A DNA stretch of 64,000 nucleotides from Anolis carolinensis (Eukaryota): NCBI RefSeq assembly GCF_035594765.1, contig NC_085844.1, positions 188,310,107 to 188,374,106 on the forward strand, in the 5' to 3' direction. The notes beneath the pieces were generated by a model. The model had not been told where the DNA came from. It worked only from the letters and a program-made list of their open reading frames with translations, and searched no databases. The position numbers were made by a program, and so were the translations under genes. Positions 12,014 to 24,000 of this stretch are shown here, in pieces. Each line of letters begins with the position of its first letter. The first letter of the stretch is position 1.

Positions 12014-15000
12014 TCATTGCAGCAATTCCTCCCAGCAGATGGGTCTAGAAAAAACTTCCCTTTCCAGCCACAAGTCATAATTCATTTGGAAATCTTCAGG
12101 TAGCTCAACACGTTGGCCCAGAACGCTCTGCAAACAGTTATCCACTGGCAGAAAATCTGGGTTGTTATGTGTGCGATCATAGCGTCGAGAATTGAAGCGC
12201 TCTATGCTGGCACGCAGTGCACATTCTTCAGCCTGGAAGTCCCATGGACGAGCATCCAAGTCTGCAGAAGAGAGGAAGCAAGCAATCAACCAACGCAGCC
12301 AAGGCCCATACATCCCACTGTATTAAAAAATACTACAAGGAACATGTTCCTATGCAACCTCCTGTATGTTGTGAGCAGATAAAAACTCCTTCCTGTTGGA
12401 AAGATCCTCAGTATTAGATGAGGATCAGGAATAATTTTATATCAAATAAATACCAAGACTGGCCATAACGGCAACACTACTGAAAGTCATGGGATTGTGA
12501 CTGTTACAGAAAAATATATATATTTCCAGAGTTGCTTTTCAGTTAACAATACAAGTTATACAACTGAAATGTACAGGGAAATGCAGACTTTTCGTCATAT
12601 TTATAATAATAATACTTTATTTATAACCTGCTCTATCTCCTCAAGGGGACTCAGGGTGGTTTGTGACAGGTGAAAATTCACGAATAACCACAGATCAAGG
12701 TTAGGGGAGAAGAGGAGCCTCGGAACATACCATTGCCATAAGCCCAGTCATCATTCAGCCGATGCCGCACCTTCTGATAGATTGCGGACATTGTTTTCAT
12801 ATTGCTCTTTCTCCACTGTCGCCCCAGATACTTTGTCTGCACCTTGAGAAGCTTCAGAACATAGAGCTGCATCATGGCCTGCTTCACTTTAAGGGCTCGT
12901 TTCAGAATGGGAGCTGACTTGAATACTACTAGCATCTGAGAAGGCAAGGTAATAGAAGTTCAATTGCTTCATTACCAACAATTTGCTCAAGATTTAAATG
13001 CTCAGTAAAGACATATTAGTGTTAGGAACAAGATACACAGAAATTTAACCCTACAGAGGTGCTTCTACTCACCATAGTTCTTGAGTGTTTCCATTTAGTT
13101 AATTTATTCAATATCCTTAGTAGATTAATGCAGGAAAAAAGGTTCCGCCAGCAAAACTGATTGTTATCTCCAGCCTCCTAGAGGACAAAGAAGCCAAAGA
13201 AAGTATTCTAGAACATGGCCATACAGCCCAGAAAACATACAACAACCCTGTGATCCCAGCCATGAAAGCCTTCAACAACACAAAGACATCTCTATTTCCT
13301 CTGTTTGTCCATCTCTTTTAGGATGAACGATGGAGGGAGCTTAGCTCACCAGACTCTCTGCAGTCAGCTCAGGCAGCTCATGCACCACACAGTATGGATA
13401 ATCCAAAACAGAGATGCTGAAAGACATAAAATATCCCAGAAACTTCAGAACAGATGATCCATCTGGCCAATTATACTATCTCTTAAGAGTTGCTGACAGG
13501 AGTCTTGTTCAAACATGTAAGAAAATGATTGTGACAATTCACATCTTGGCTTTTTAGCTTGAGATACTTATTTGCACATCTTTCCATATCCACTCTAAAT
13601 ATCCAATATCTAAAGATCCAATATCTAGCAAAAGAAATAAATCAACGAACTACTTAATGAAGTTTTGCAAAACCTTATTTCAAATTCTATCAAAGAAGTC
13701 TAGTGGCATTACATGGCCTTAGAAGGGCATGTGAATAGTGACTCAACATGGGTTGTTCAGATAACATATTTTTATCAAACTAGAAATGGCGTTGCTAGAA
13801 ATTAAGTTTCCTCGGCAAACCTTCCACATTCAATTTCAGTGAGTGACTAGACAATCCCAAAGGTCCCAAAGATAAAAATGTATTTGGATATTTCAGAACA
13901 CAAGTATGGCAGTGATAGTCCCACTTACCTATTTTTGGCTGTAATATATGACATAATATTTTGATTGAAGAATTTCAATATAAGGGGAATGCAATTGGCA
14001 AACACCAGGTGTTGGGCCATGTATTCAAACTAATGCAGGGGACAGAAACAAGAGGGTTTATGAAGCAAAAATGCAAAGTTATTGTCAATATTCTCCCTTC
14101 TCCACACCTTCCAATGCTGTTAATTCATGGAAGCTCATGCATACCTGATAGACATGATTTAACTTAAAGTGTTTGAGCAACAGCAGCAAAACAGCAGAAA
14201 TGGCCTTTACGATTATCTCTTTGTGCCTGTTGACGTCAACTCCCAGCTTCATACTCTGCAACACAGTTGTTCTGGAAGCCAAAAAAGTAATATTAACTTG
14301 ATATGCCTTCACCCTTAGACTTACTGAATAGTTAATTTTATATCCTGCCTCCCAATACAGCATTCAAGGTGGCTATGGACACTTCAGTGCATTTTTAACT
14401 GAACCAGCATTTTATTACTGTTACTACTGCTGCTACTTCTTCTTCAGTTTATATCCCCCCCTGTCAAGGACAGAACGCCACAAGGTTCAAGATAACAGAG
14501 TTTATTGGATTACAGAACTCAAAAATGCCCGTAAAATACAAGGGCCAGGCAGTATTAGCCTTTAGGAGTAAAAAGAGGCAAGGAAAAACGTTCAAAAGAT
14601 AAACCGGATTAAACCGGAGTTTAATCCGGGTAAAAACAAACTGCTTGCTTCAGCCTGGGGATAAACAAAACAAAAGCCGAGGAACAAAAGATACAAAAGA
14701 ATGCAACTAATTGGCAGCAGATTCCTCTCTGCTGCCAACACTGTGCTTAGAGTAACTTGCGTTGCTCCCACACACACAGCAGACAGGATTTCCAACACGA
14801 ACAGATCAGCCAAGGATTGTAGCAGTAGAGTAGACCCAGTTCGTCTCAGCACAGGAAAAAACACCAGTCTTCAGGAAAGCGTCCCACACAGATCCCAAGC
14901 GTTCGTCCAGATTACCTTGCCCAACGCAATTTGCAATTGCTCCCAAGCCCCATTTTATGCCAGTTACAAATCCTCATCACTGTCAGCTGTCCTCCTTAAC

Positions 15001-18000
15001 CCGGGCGTTTCCTCATCACTTTCCTCATCAGAGCTGGAACACCTCTGACTACGCCCCACAGCATCTCCAGCTGTGGATCCCGTCCCATCCCTCCAGCTAA
15101 GCCATGGGTCTAATCCTGAAGGTCCCCATTCATCTTCTATCCCATCATGACCAGTGGCACCCAATTCCTCCCTTACCCGAGCCCAATCCATCTCATCCTC
15201 CTCCGAGCTAACCAGCCCCTCCTCCATTCTCTCCGTAAACCCCTCAAAAGACTCTTCGTCAGATGGTGCTGCAAAAATGTCTCGCAGTCTTTTTCTTTCT
15301 CGCTCCTCGAGAGTATCTGACTCTCGAGGAGTCTTACGCCCACGTCTGTCAGTAACAGAGCCATGAGGCTCAATCATAACACTATCCCCTCTCACAAAGG
15401 CCTCCTCCCCCGATGGCGGAGAAGTGGCAGTGATACCCTCCGCTATAGCACCACGACGACTAGAGGTATCTAGTTTCAACAGCGAACGATGAAAGACTGG
15501 ATGGACCTTTAAACTAGACGGTAAACGCAAACGAAACGCAACGGAAGAAATCTTTTTAACGATAGGAAAGGGACCCAAATATCGCGGCGCAAACTTTCCC
15601 CCAGCCTGTTTAATATGTTTGGAAGATAACCACACCAAATCCCCTTCTTCCAACTCCTCCCCTGCCTGCCTGTGGCAGTCAGCCTGAGTCTTTTGCGTTG
15701 CCTTAGCTTCCAACAGTAAGCGACGGGCAACATCATGCAATGCAGCCATTTCCGAAGAGCGGTACACAGGGTCCGAAGAGACCACATTGGTCGACGGCGC
15801 CACACCTCCCCGTGGGTGAAAACCATAAGTTAGCTCAAATGGCGTATGCTGACTAGACGTGTGCACCGCATTATTATAAGCGAATTCCGCCACCGGTAAC
15901 CACTTCACCCAAGCCGTGGGTTGATCTAAACAAAAACAACGCAAATACTGCTCTAAGAGCCCATTAACCCGTTCCGACTGTCCATCCGTCTGCGGATGAA
16001 AGGCTGAAGAAACGTTTAACTTAGTCCCTAAGCACTCATGGAAATGTTTCCAAAAGCGTGACACAAATTGCGGAGCCCTATCTGAAATAATCACCTCAGG
16101 TGCTCCGTGCAAACGATAGATGTGCTTAGTAAATAGTAAGGCCAACGTAGGGGCCGCCGGAATGGTTGAACAAGGAATAAAATGAGCCAGTTTGCTAAAT
16201 AAATCCACCACCACCCAAATACAAGTATAACCCCCAGACTTAGGCAAATCTGAAATAAAATCCATGGAAATGATTTGCCATGGCCTCTCCGAAACAGGTA
16301 GAGACGACAGCAACCCTCTAGGGCGCCCAACAGGCGTCTTACTCTGCTGGCAAACAGCGCAGCTGTCACAAAAGCGCAGAATGTCTTGCCGCATCTTTGG
16401 CCACCAGTAGCTCCTGGTGATAAGCTGTACGGTCTTGAACCTGCCAAAGTGCCCAGCCATGGGTTCGTCATGGTGGGCTCTAATCACCTCCAACCTGAGG
16501 GCCCCCACTGGTACGTAGACCTGCCCCCTGCGTACCAATACTCCGTCTTGATCTTGTAGATGCGGCAGTATTGTACGGTTACCTGCTGATAGCAGCATCA
16601 GTTGCTCCTGAGTCCACACATCATCCCTCTGAGCCTCAAGGATCTGGTCATGTAACCCAAGCTCATTATCTACAACACATAGAGAGGCAGTAGGCAAGAT
16701 GGTCTGACATACTACCTGCTCATTGGTCTTAAACTCCGGCTTGCGGGATAAAGCATCGTCCGCAAGTTTGCCTTCCCCTCCACGAACTGCACCTTGAAGT
16801 TAAACCTGGAGAAAAACAAAGTCCATCGGATTTGACGCTGGTTTAACTTCTTTGCTGTTTGTAAGTGCTCTAAATTCTTGTGATCAGATCTGACCACGAT
16901 CTGGTGCCGTGCCCCTTCAAGCCAGTGCCGCCACACCTCAAACGCCACCTTAATCGCCAACAACTCCTTCTCCCATATGGTATAGTTCTGCTCGAAGGGT
17001 GTTAGTTGCCGCGAGTAAAATCCACAGGGACGCAAGGTCCCTGAGGAATCCTTCTGAGACAATACAGCCCCCAACGCGTAGCTAGAAGCGTCCGCTTCTA
17101 CCACGAACGGTTTGTCAACATCAGGATGTGTTAGTATGTTGTCCGATTGAAAACTAGACTTAAGTTGTAGAAACGCATCGTGAGCTTCCCGCCCCCACAC
17201 AAATGGCTGTTTCTTACGCAGGAGCTGCGTCAAAGGTACCGTGAGCTTTGCAAAATTCGGAATAAACTCCCGGTAGTAATTAGCGAAACCTAAGAACCTT
17301 TGTACATCCTTCTTAGTCTTTAGCTCCTGCCATGAGTTAACGGCGTCGACCTTATGTGGATCCATTTTAAGTTCCCTACCTGACACTACATGACCTAGGA
17401 ACTCCACTTCAGGCACATGAAAAACGCACTTGGAAGCCTTGGCGAAAAGCCCATTAGCCCGCAGACGGTGCAGAACCTGCTTGACATGTTGACGATGTTC
17501 TTTCTCGTCCTTAGAAAAAATCAAGATATCATCCAAATAAATCACTAAAAATTGGTCAATTAGGTCCCTGAACACATCGTTCATGAACCTCTGGAAGACC
17601 GCAGGAGCGTTGCAAAGTCCGAAAGGCATGACTCGGAACTCGTGGCATCCGAAACACGTGTTAAATGCCGTCTTCCATTCATCCCCTTCCCGTATACGGA
17701 TTAAGTTATATGCCCCCCGCAGGTCAAGCTTGGTAAAAACCTTAGCCCCTTGCACCCTTGATAATAGTTCCGAGATTAAAGGTAGCGGGTACCTATCCCG
17801 AATGGTGTATTTGTTTAGGATCCGATAGTCGCAGACCAGCCTAAGTTCCCCAGTCTTTTTGGCTACAAAGAATACTGGTGCCGCAGTTGGGGAGCTAGAT
17901 GGGCGAATAAACCCCTTGGCTAAATTTTCATCTAGAAACTCCCTCAAAGCTTGCCTTTCCGGTACAGTCAAGGCATACAGCCTTCCTGCTGGCAATTTCG

Positions 18001-21000
18001 CACCTTCTGCTAACTTGATGGCGCAATCATATGGCCTGTGCGGTGGTAATTTGTCCGCTTCTCTTTTACAAAATACATCAGAGAACTCCCCATACTCAGC
18101 AGGCACTCCCTCCATATCAGATTGAGTAACATTCAGAGTGCAACAATCCTGCCTCTTTAAGGTCACTTTACGTGTCGACCAATCTACTTGTGGGTTTACT
18201 ACAGCTAGCCAATCCATCCCCAGGATCACATCATATCTAGGCAAGCTCGTAATATCCCACACAAACGTTCCCGTTACTCCCTGCACCTCCCACATTACTG
18301 CTGAGGTTTCATGGTTAACCACCCCAGTCTCCAGCAGTCTCCCATCTGCTCCTTCCACCCACACGTCGCATGCCTTGCGCACTCTAGGAATGCCATGCTT
18401 CTTAGCAAACTCAATATCTACATAAGAGACCGTAGCCCCTGAGTCCAGCAGTGCCAAAGTAGAAACAAGTTCCCTTCCCCCAACAGATAATGTAATGGGT
18501 ACGAAAACATGCTTCCTCCCCTCAGTTGACTGCTTGAGGAGCCCTAGTGCGTTGGACTCACGTCGCACTAGGGCTGGCCTTTTCCCGAAAGCTGAGAAGG
18601 TTTCACATTACAGTTTTTGGCAAAATGCCCCGCATTCCCACAGTACAAACACAACCCCAGCTGCCTCCTACGGCTCTTTTCCTCTGTAGACAGCTTTTTA
18701 AAGACCCCAAGCTCCATAGGCTCTTCCCCCATCACCACAGGTGCCCTGGTAATATGCATGGGTGGCGCACACATTGCTTTCGAGTGTTTACGAGCCTCGA
18801 ACCTTGCGTCTAAACGCAGCACCTTAGCTACTAAGGCGTCCCAATTTTCAGCCGGCTCCAAGCGTGCTAATTCATCCTGGAGCATATCACTTAACCCGGC
18901 AGTAAATAAAAGCATGAATGCATTTTCCCCCCAATCCAGCTGGTGGCGATACAAGTTAAACTTATTTAAGTAATCCAAAACAGTCCCCTTTCCCTGTTTC
19001 AACCGATACAGAGCCCACCCAGCATTCTCCGTGCGGAGAGGATCCCCAAAAGTGTCAGTTAATAACTTTTTGAAATTATTCAAATTGTCCTTGACTGGGT
19101 CATTTCCCAAAATTAAATTAGTGGCCCATTGTCCTGCGGGACCGGTCAACAAACTCAAAATAAATGCCACCTTGCTAGTGTCTGTAGGAAAAGCATGAGC
19201 ACTGAGCTGGGAAAAATAAAGCTCCACTTGTGCCAAAAAGGTTGGCAACTTGCACCTGGTTCCGTCAAAGCGTTCAGGAGTCAAAACATGTCCTTTCACA
19301 GCATGAGCTGCTTGGCTGACGGTAAAAGCCGTTTGTAATTGGTCAAATTTGGCCCTTAACTCCTCCATCGTCTTCCTGATGGGTTTATTGCTGCAATAAA
19401 CTTTTTATGGCGTTGGGCAATCTGTCAAGGACAGAACGCCACAAGGTTCAAGATAACAGAGTTTATTGGATTACAGAACTCAAAAATGCCCGTAAAATAC
19501 AAGGGCCAGGCAGTATTAGCCTTTAGGAGTAAAAAGAGGCAAGGAAAAACGTTCAAAAGATAAACCGGATTAAACCGGAGTTTAATCCGGGTAAAAACAA
19601 ACTGCTTGCTTCAGCCTGGGGATAAACAAAACAAAAGCCGAGGAACAAAAGATACAAAAGAATGCAACTAATTGGCAGCAGATTCCTCTCTGCTGCCAAC
19701 ACTGTGCTTAGAGTAACTTGCGTTGCTCCCACACACACAGCAGACAGGATTTCCAACACGAACAGATCAGCCAAGGATTGTAGCAGTAGAGCAGACCCAG
19801 TTCGTCTCAGCACAGGAAAAAACACCAGTCTTCAGGAAAGCGTCCCACACAGATCCCAAGCGTTCGTCCAGATTACCTTGCCCAACGCAATTTGCAATTG
19901 CTCCCAAGCCCCATTTTATGCCAGTTACAAATCCTCATCACTGTCAGCTGTCCTCCTTAACCCGGGCGTTTCCTCATCACTTTCCTCATCAGAGCTGGAA
20001 CACCTCTGACTACGCCCCACAGCATCTCCAGCTGTGGATCCCGTCCCATCCCTCCAGCTAAGCCATGGGTCTAATCCTGAAGGTCCCCATTCATCTTCTA
20101 TCCCATCATGACCAGTGGCACCCAATTCCTCCCTTACCCGAGTCCAATCCATCTCATCCTCCTCCGAGCTAACCAGCCCCTCCTCCATTCTCTCCGTAAA
20201 CCCCTCAAAAGACTCTTCGTCAGATGGTGCTGCAAAAATGTCTCGCAGTCTTTTTCTTTCTCGCTCCTCGAGAGTATCTGACTCTCGAGGAGTCTTACGC
20301 CCACGTCTGTCAGTAACAGAGCCATGAGGCTCAATCATAACACCCCCCTTCCCAGTCTGGTGGCTTACAAACATTCAAATAAATACTGCTAACCAAGTAC
20401 ATTGTACAAAAGTCAAATATTTAATTCAACCAAAAATTAAAGCAAACCACTAGAAGAACTACAACAAATATAAACACTTGTTTATTAAAAGATAGCAGTG
20501 AGAGTGCCAGTCCTTTTTATTCTATTCTTTTTATGTGGTATAATATAATCTTCCTCTAGTAAACTCATTTAACCGATTCATATGGATTATTTTTGTTATT
20601 GTATTCATGGCTGAAGTGTGTTTTAGTTGTTTTGTAACCTGCTTCAAATTTATTTATAAAGAAATGGAGGGGTATAAAATACACACACAATGTTTATTCA
20701 ACACTTAGAGACAGTCACATAAAATCTATTCATTGCTTTCTCTGTTCATTAACTAAATATATTAAATTCCGCAATAATGAAACTCACGGCATCTCCTCTG
20801 GCAAAACATCTGCTAAGATGTTAATGGAATCAGTCTTGGCTTTGGAGGTGGGTGCTGCAGCCAGCAAAATTTTCAGCAAGGCAATCTGTGAATCAAAGTT
20901 TACTTTAATGAGGGGAGAAGACAGCCAAAGTACCCAAATATTGCAGAAGAAATAGGGTATTTAGACAGAAATAATACATCAAAGGATGATTTTTAAAATA

Positions 21001-24000
21001 CACTTGCAAAGAACTAAAGTCTCCATGATCAAGAAAATTGATAATTTCACCATAGCTGGAAAGAAAGATAAGAGGCAACATGACCAAGAAAATGGAATAA
21101 TAAAAAAGAGATGGGAATGGACCTTCGGGGTGATTATACAGTGAAAGAAACTGCAACTTACCATATACTGTGGCAGGCTGGGAAGTAGACCTTGGTACAA
21201 GATTTCTGAAGGAACTTGCTCAACTTCTTCTTCTCCCTAGTAACACAAGTAGATTTTTATAACAATTTTCCAGTCTAAAGTGCAAGCTAAGCTGACATAA
21301 CTAATTTTGATCACATAAGGCAAAACCTCATTTCATCTCAGAAGATCTTGCAGAGACAGACAACTGCTGCACGTCGTGCCACAGAAAGAGTTGTACCAAG
21401 ACTGTCTCTTTGTACCCTCTCTTCCATGTTTCTGTAGGGTCCCTCCCACAACCCTACAGACTGTGAGTCCTGATTACAAATGGGGTTCCCTTAGCTCAAT
21501 GTTGGGGTTCCGAAAAATTTGTCAACACTAAAAGGTTTCTGAAGATCACTTAGTGGCTGTTTTATCTATTTTCACAAATCTCTTGTGCAGTGTTTACAGT
21601 GGACTCTGCAGAAGAAGCTTCAACTGCACTTCATAAATAGGAGACCCAGCCTGTTTAGCAAGCATTAGGCATCCTGATTTGTTATCAGCAAATGTTGATT
21701 TTTATACTTATTCTATATACCTACATACCTGGGGTCATGTAAAATATTTTAGGCCAAAAGGGGTCCCAAGTGGAAAAGTTTAAGAAACCCTGTAATAGAG
21801 CAACAGGAGGCTGTAACAGGAAGGAGGAATAAATCCCCTTTCTACAACTTCTACTAAGAGCTTCCCATTTTATTTTTTTATTAATTGGTTGAATGTCTAT
21901 CACAAAATGGGATTCAAGGTGGCTTATAGAAAATTCCGAAACTGACTGCGCAGGCACAGGAAATATCGTCTGTGCGATTTCGCAGACACCACGAAGAAAA
22001 TGGTAGAAACGCGTAGGACATGCATACGAAAAGTAAAGTTTGCAGACAACAGGGGTGCAAGCGACTGCCACCCAAATTCAAGAATAGAGATTGAGACACT
22101 TCATAAAGATGCTTTTGTCCCTCTGCTAGTTCCCTCTTCACTGTGCATTTTTCCCTTAATACTTACACCTGACAATGGGGAACGTAAATACTCCTCTTCC
22201 ATTTGTACTTGAATTTCTGCAATAGATGTATATTTGTGCTAAAAAGAAAGATATTTTTAAAAAGTCAACCACACCATATTAACCAATACAATAGATTTCA
22301 ATATATTACGATATATTTCCCAACTGAAAACTTATTAGCCTGGGAAATCACTAAATGAAATAGACAGAAAACACATGAGTGAGATGTCTCCACATAAATA
22401 AATTCAAATGTTCACAAAGTGAGAACTCACCAACTTCAGAGTTTTGATACTCTCATGAATAGGCCTGGGCAATCCTACTACTGTGTTGGTGTCACTAGAG
22501 GGAAAAAGTAAAACAAGGCAATCTGTGATATAATGATGTAACAAAATATTTAAAAAAGCTGTATTAATAAAACTGAATTAAAGGCCAGTCAAACTGACTG
22601 AAAAATTCTGACTGCAATCTGCTAGTTGCAAGCTACAAGCCTCTAAATAACTAGGAGTAAGACCTACTGGGAACAATCAGACTGTCTTCTGAGTAAACAT
22701 ACACAGGAATAGGTTACCCAAAAAAAAGTGTCACTTTTCTTGTAACTTAAAAGTTTCTTCCACATGTTAAACCAAGAAAAAATATTTTACTGTAAGTAAA
22801 GCAAATGCATGTACAGCTGTCTAACTCACCTTCCCAAGGTGTAGCCAATGAATTTGCTCCGACTAGATTCCAGAAACATCTCAATGTCTTTCTCCCTGCA
22901 GAAAAGAGGCAAGAAAAACATTCAAAGCTTTTTTAGGGCTCTGTCTCATGAGAACCTGTCAGGAACCATGGGCACCACATCTGGTCAAATGCAAAGTAGG
23001 TCTGACAGTGCTGGAAATGGATGGAGGCAACCTCTCTACTCATATAGTAGTAGCCAGACTCTTGGGGGGAAAAAACTCTGTTTATGATAACAGAAGGGTT
23101 TTCCCTAGACTAGCTGCAACGTATTATTAATCCTTTTACATCCAAGTTGTGCTTTGTTCCCACAGAAATTAGATTGGAAGAAACTATACATTTCGGTTCA
23201 ATGGGTGAGGGGGGAGGTGACAATATGTAGGGAGGGTTGATCCTGTCAGGGGTTCTGTGCAGTCATACAATTCCTGTTAGAGCAGAAGGGACTCTATTAG
23301 CTCCAGTTAAGAAGCCAAATACCATCAGATAGTTGTAATGGTCTTCTCCAGTCACAAGAACATGCAAAAAAGTTGTTCTTTCCAAAAGGAAGATTTTTTC
23401 CTTTAGTTGCAGCAGCATTATAAACACAAGTCCTCCAGTCCTACAACACTGCATCCACACCAACCCTTAAAAACTAATACAAGGCTACTGCATCCTATAT
23501 AATATAGTCTCAGCACTAGCCACCACACTGCAATTAAAATGACACTGTGGTGAAGCCTGAGACACTCATCCTGTTATCACTTAAAAGAAATGCTGTGGAA
23601 CTTACATATCCTGACAGATCTTTACCACCTCCACCCGTACTTCCAAAATCACCACCACATTACAGCCAGGGAATACTTCCCACAAATGACAAACTGAAGG
23701 TTTCTTCTAAAATGTAATTTGATGGGGTGAATCAAATAAAAGTAGGACATGGGCCAGAGGGGGAGGCTTCATAGAAAGATCTGGTCTGTAGATTCTCTAT
23801 TTATGCTTTAGGGAAGCTCTTCACTATTGTTGCTGTATTTCATTCACCCTATTTGCACTGTATTTTATAAATAAGAAGAATACTAACCAAGACTCTTTTC
23901 ATCCCAGAAATTCCAAATCTTCACACTGTGTTGATTAGCACTCTAGCTACATTCAAGGAGAGGGAGAAACCCCAATTTATTCTGTATCATGTCCCAACTC

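Larger units (their letters stand above)
14462..20342 (-). mobile_element. Full-length Ty3/gypsy LTR retrotransposon (sushi/Tf1, PEG10-related lineage) in STRIP1 intron 15, sense to the host gene
   Basis: Two 920-bp TG...CA LTRs, 5-bp TSD CCCCC (14457-14461 / 20343-20347), gag-PR-RT-RH-IN order, PPT and PBS. Confidence 0.97.

Noticed and set aside
11879-12103. LTEAR peptide on the + strand resembling a homeodomain fragment (possible ALX3 remnant)
   Set aside because: Only five residues match, with no VQVWFQN or other homeobox context, and it overlaps the STRIP1 last exon and 3' UTR; most likely chance.
14592-15048. Additional LTR ORFs (90 aa on minus, 115 aa on plus), duplicated in both LTRs
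   Set aside because: Duplicated only because the LTRs are. I saw no counterpart in the diverged solo LTR, unlike the U3 acidic ORF.
15400-15480. Chromodomain or env-like ORF after integrase
   Set aside because: No chromodomain aromatic-cage pattern and no signal-peptide or transmembrane ORF; the region is a short linker into the LTR.
16740-16780. Second programmed frameshift between RNase H and integrase
   Set aside because: No slippery heptamer or stem, and the break splits the conserved ADALSR motif, so a 1-bp deletion or sequencing error is more likely.
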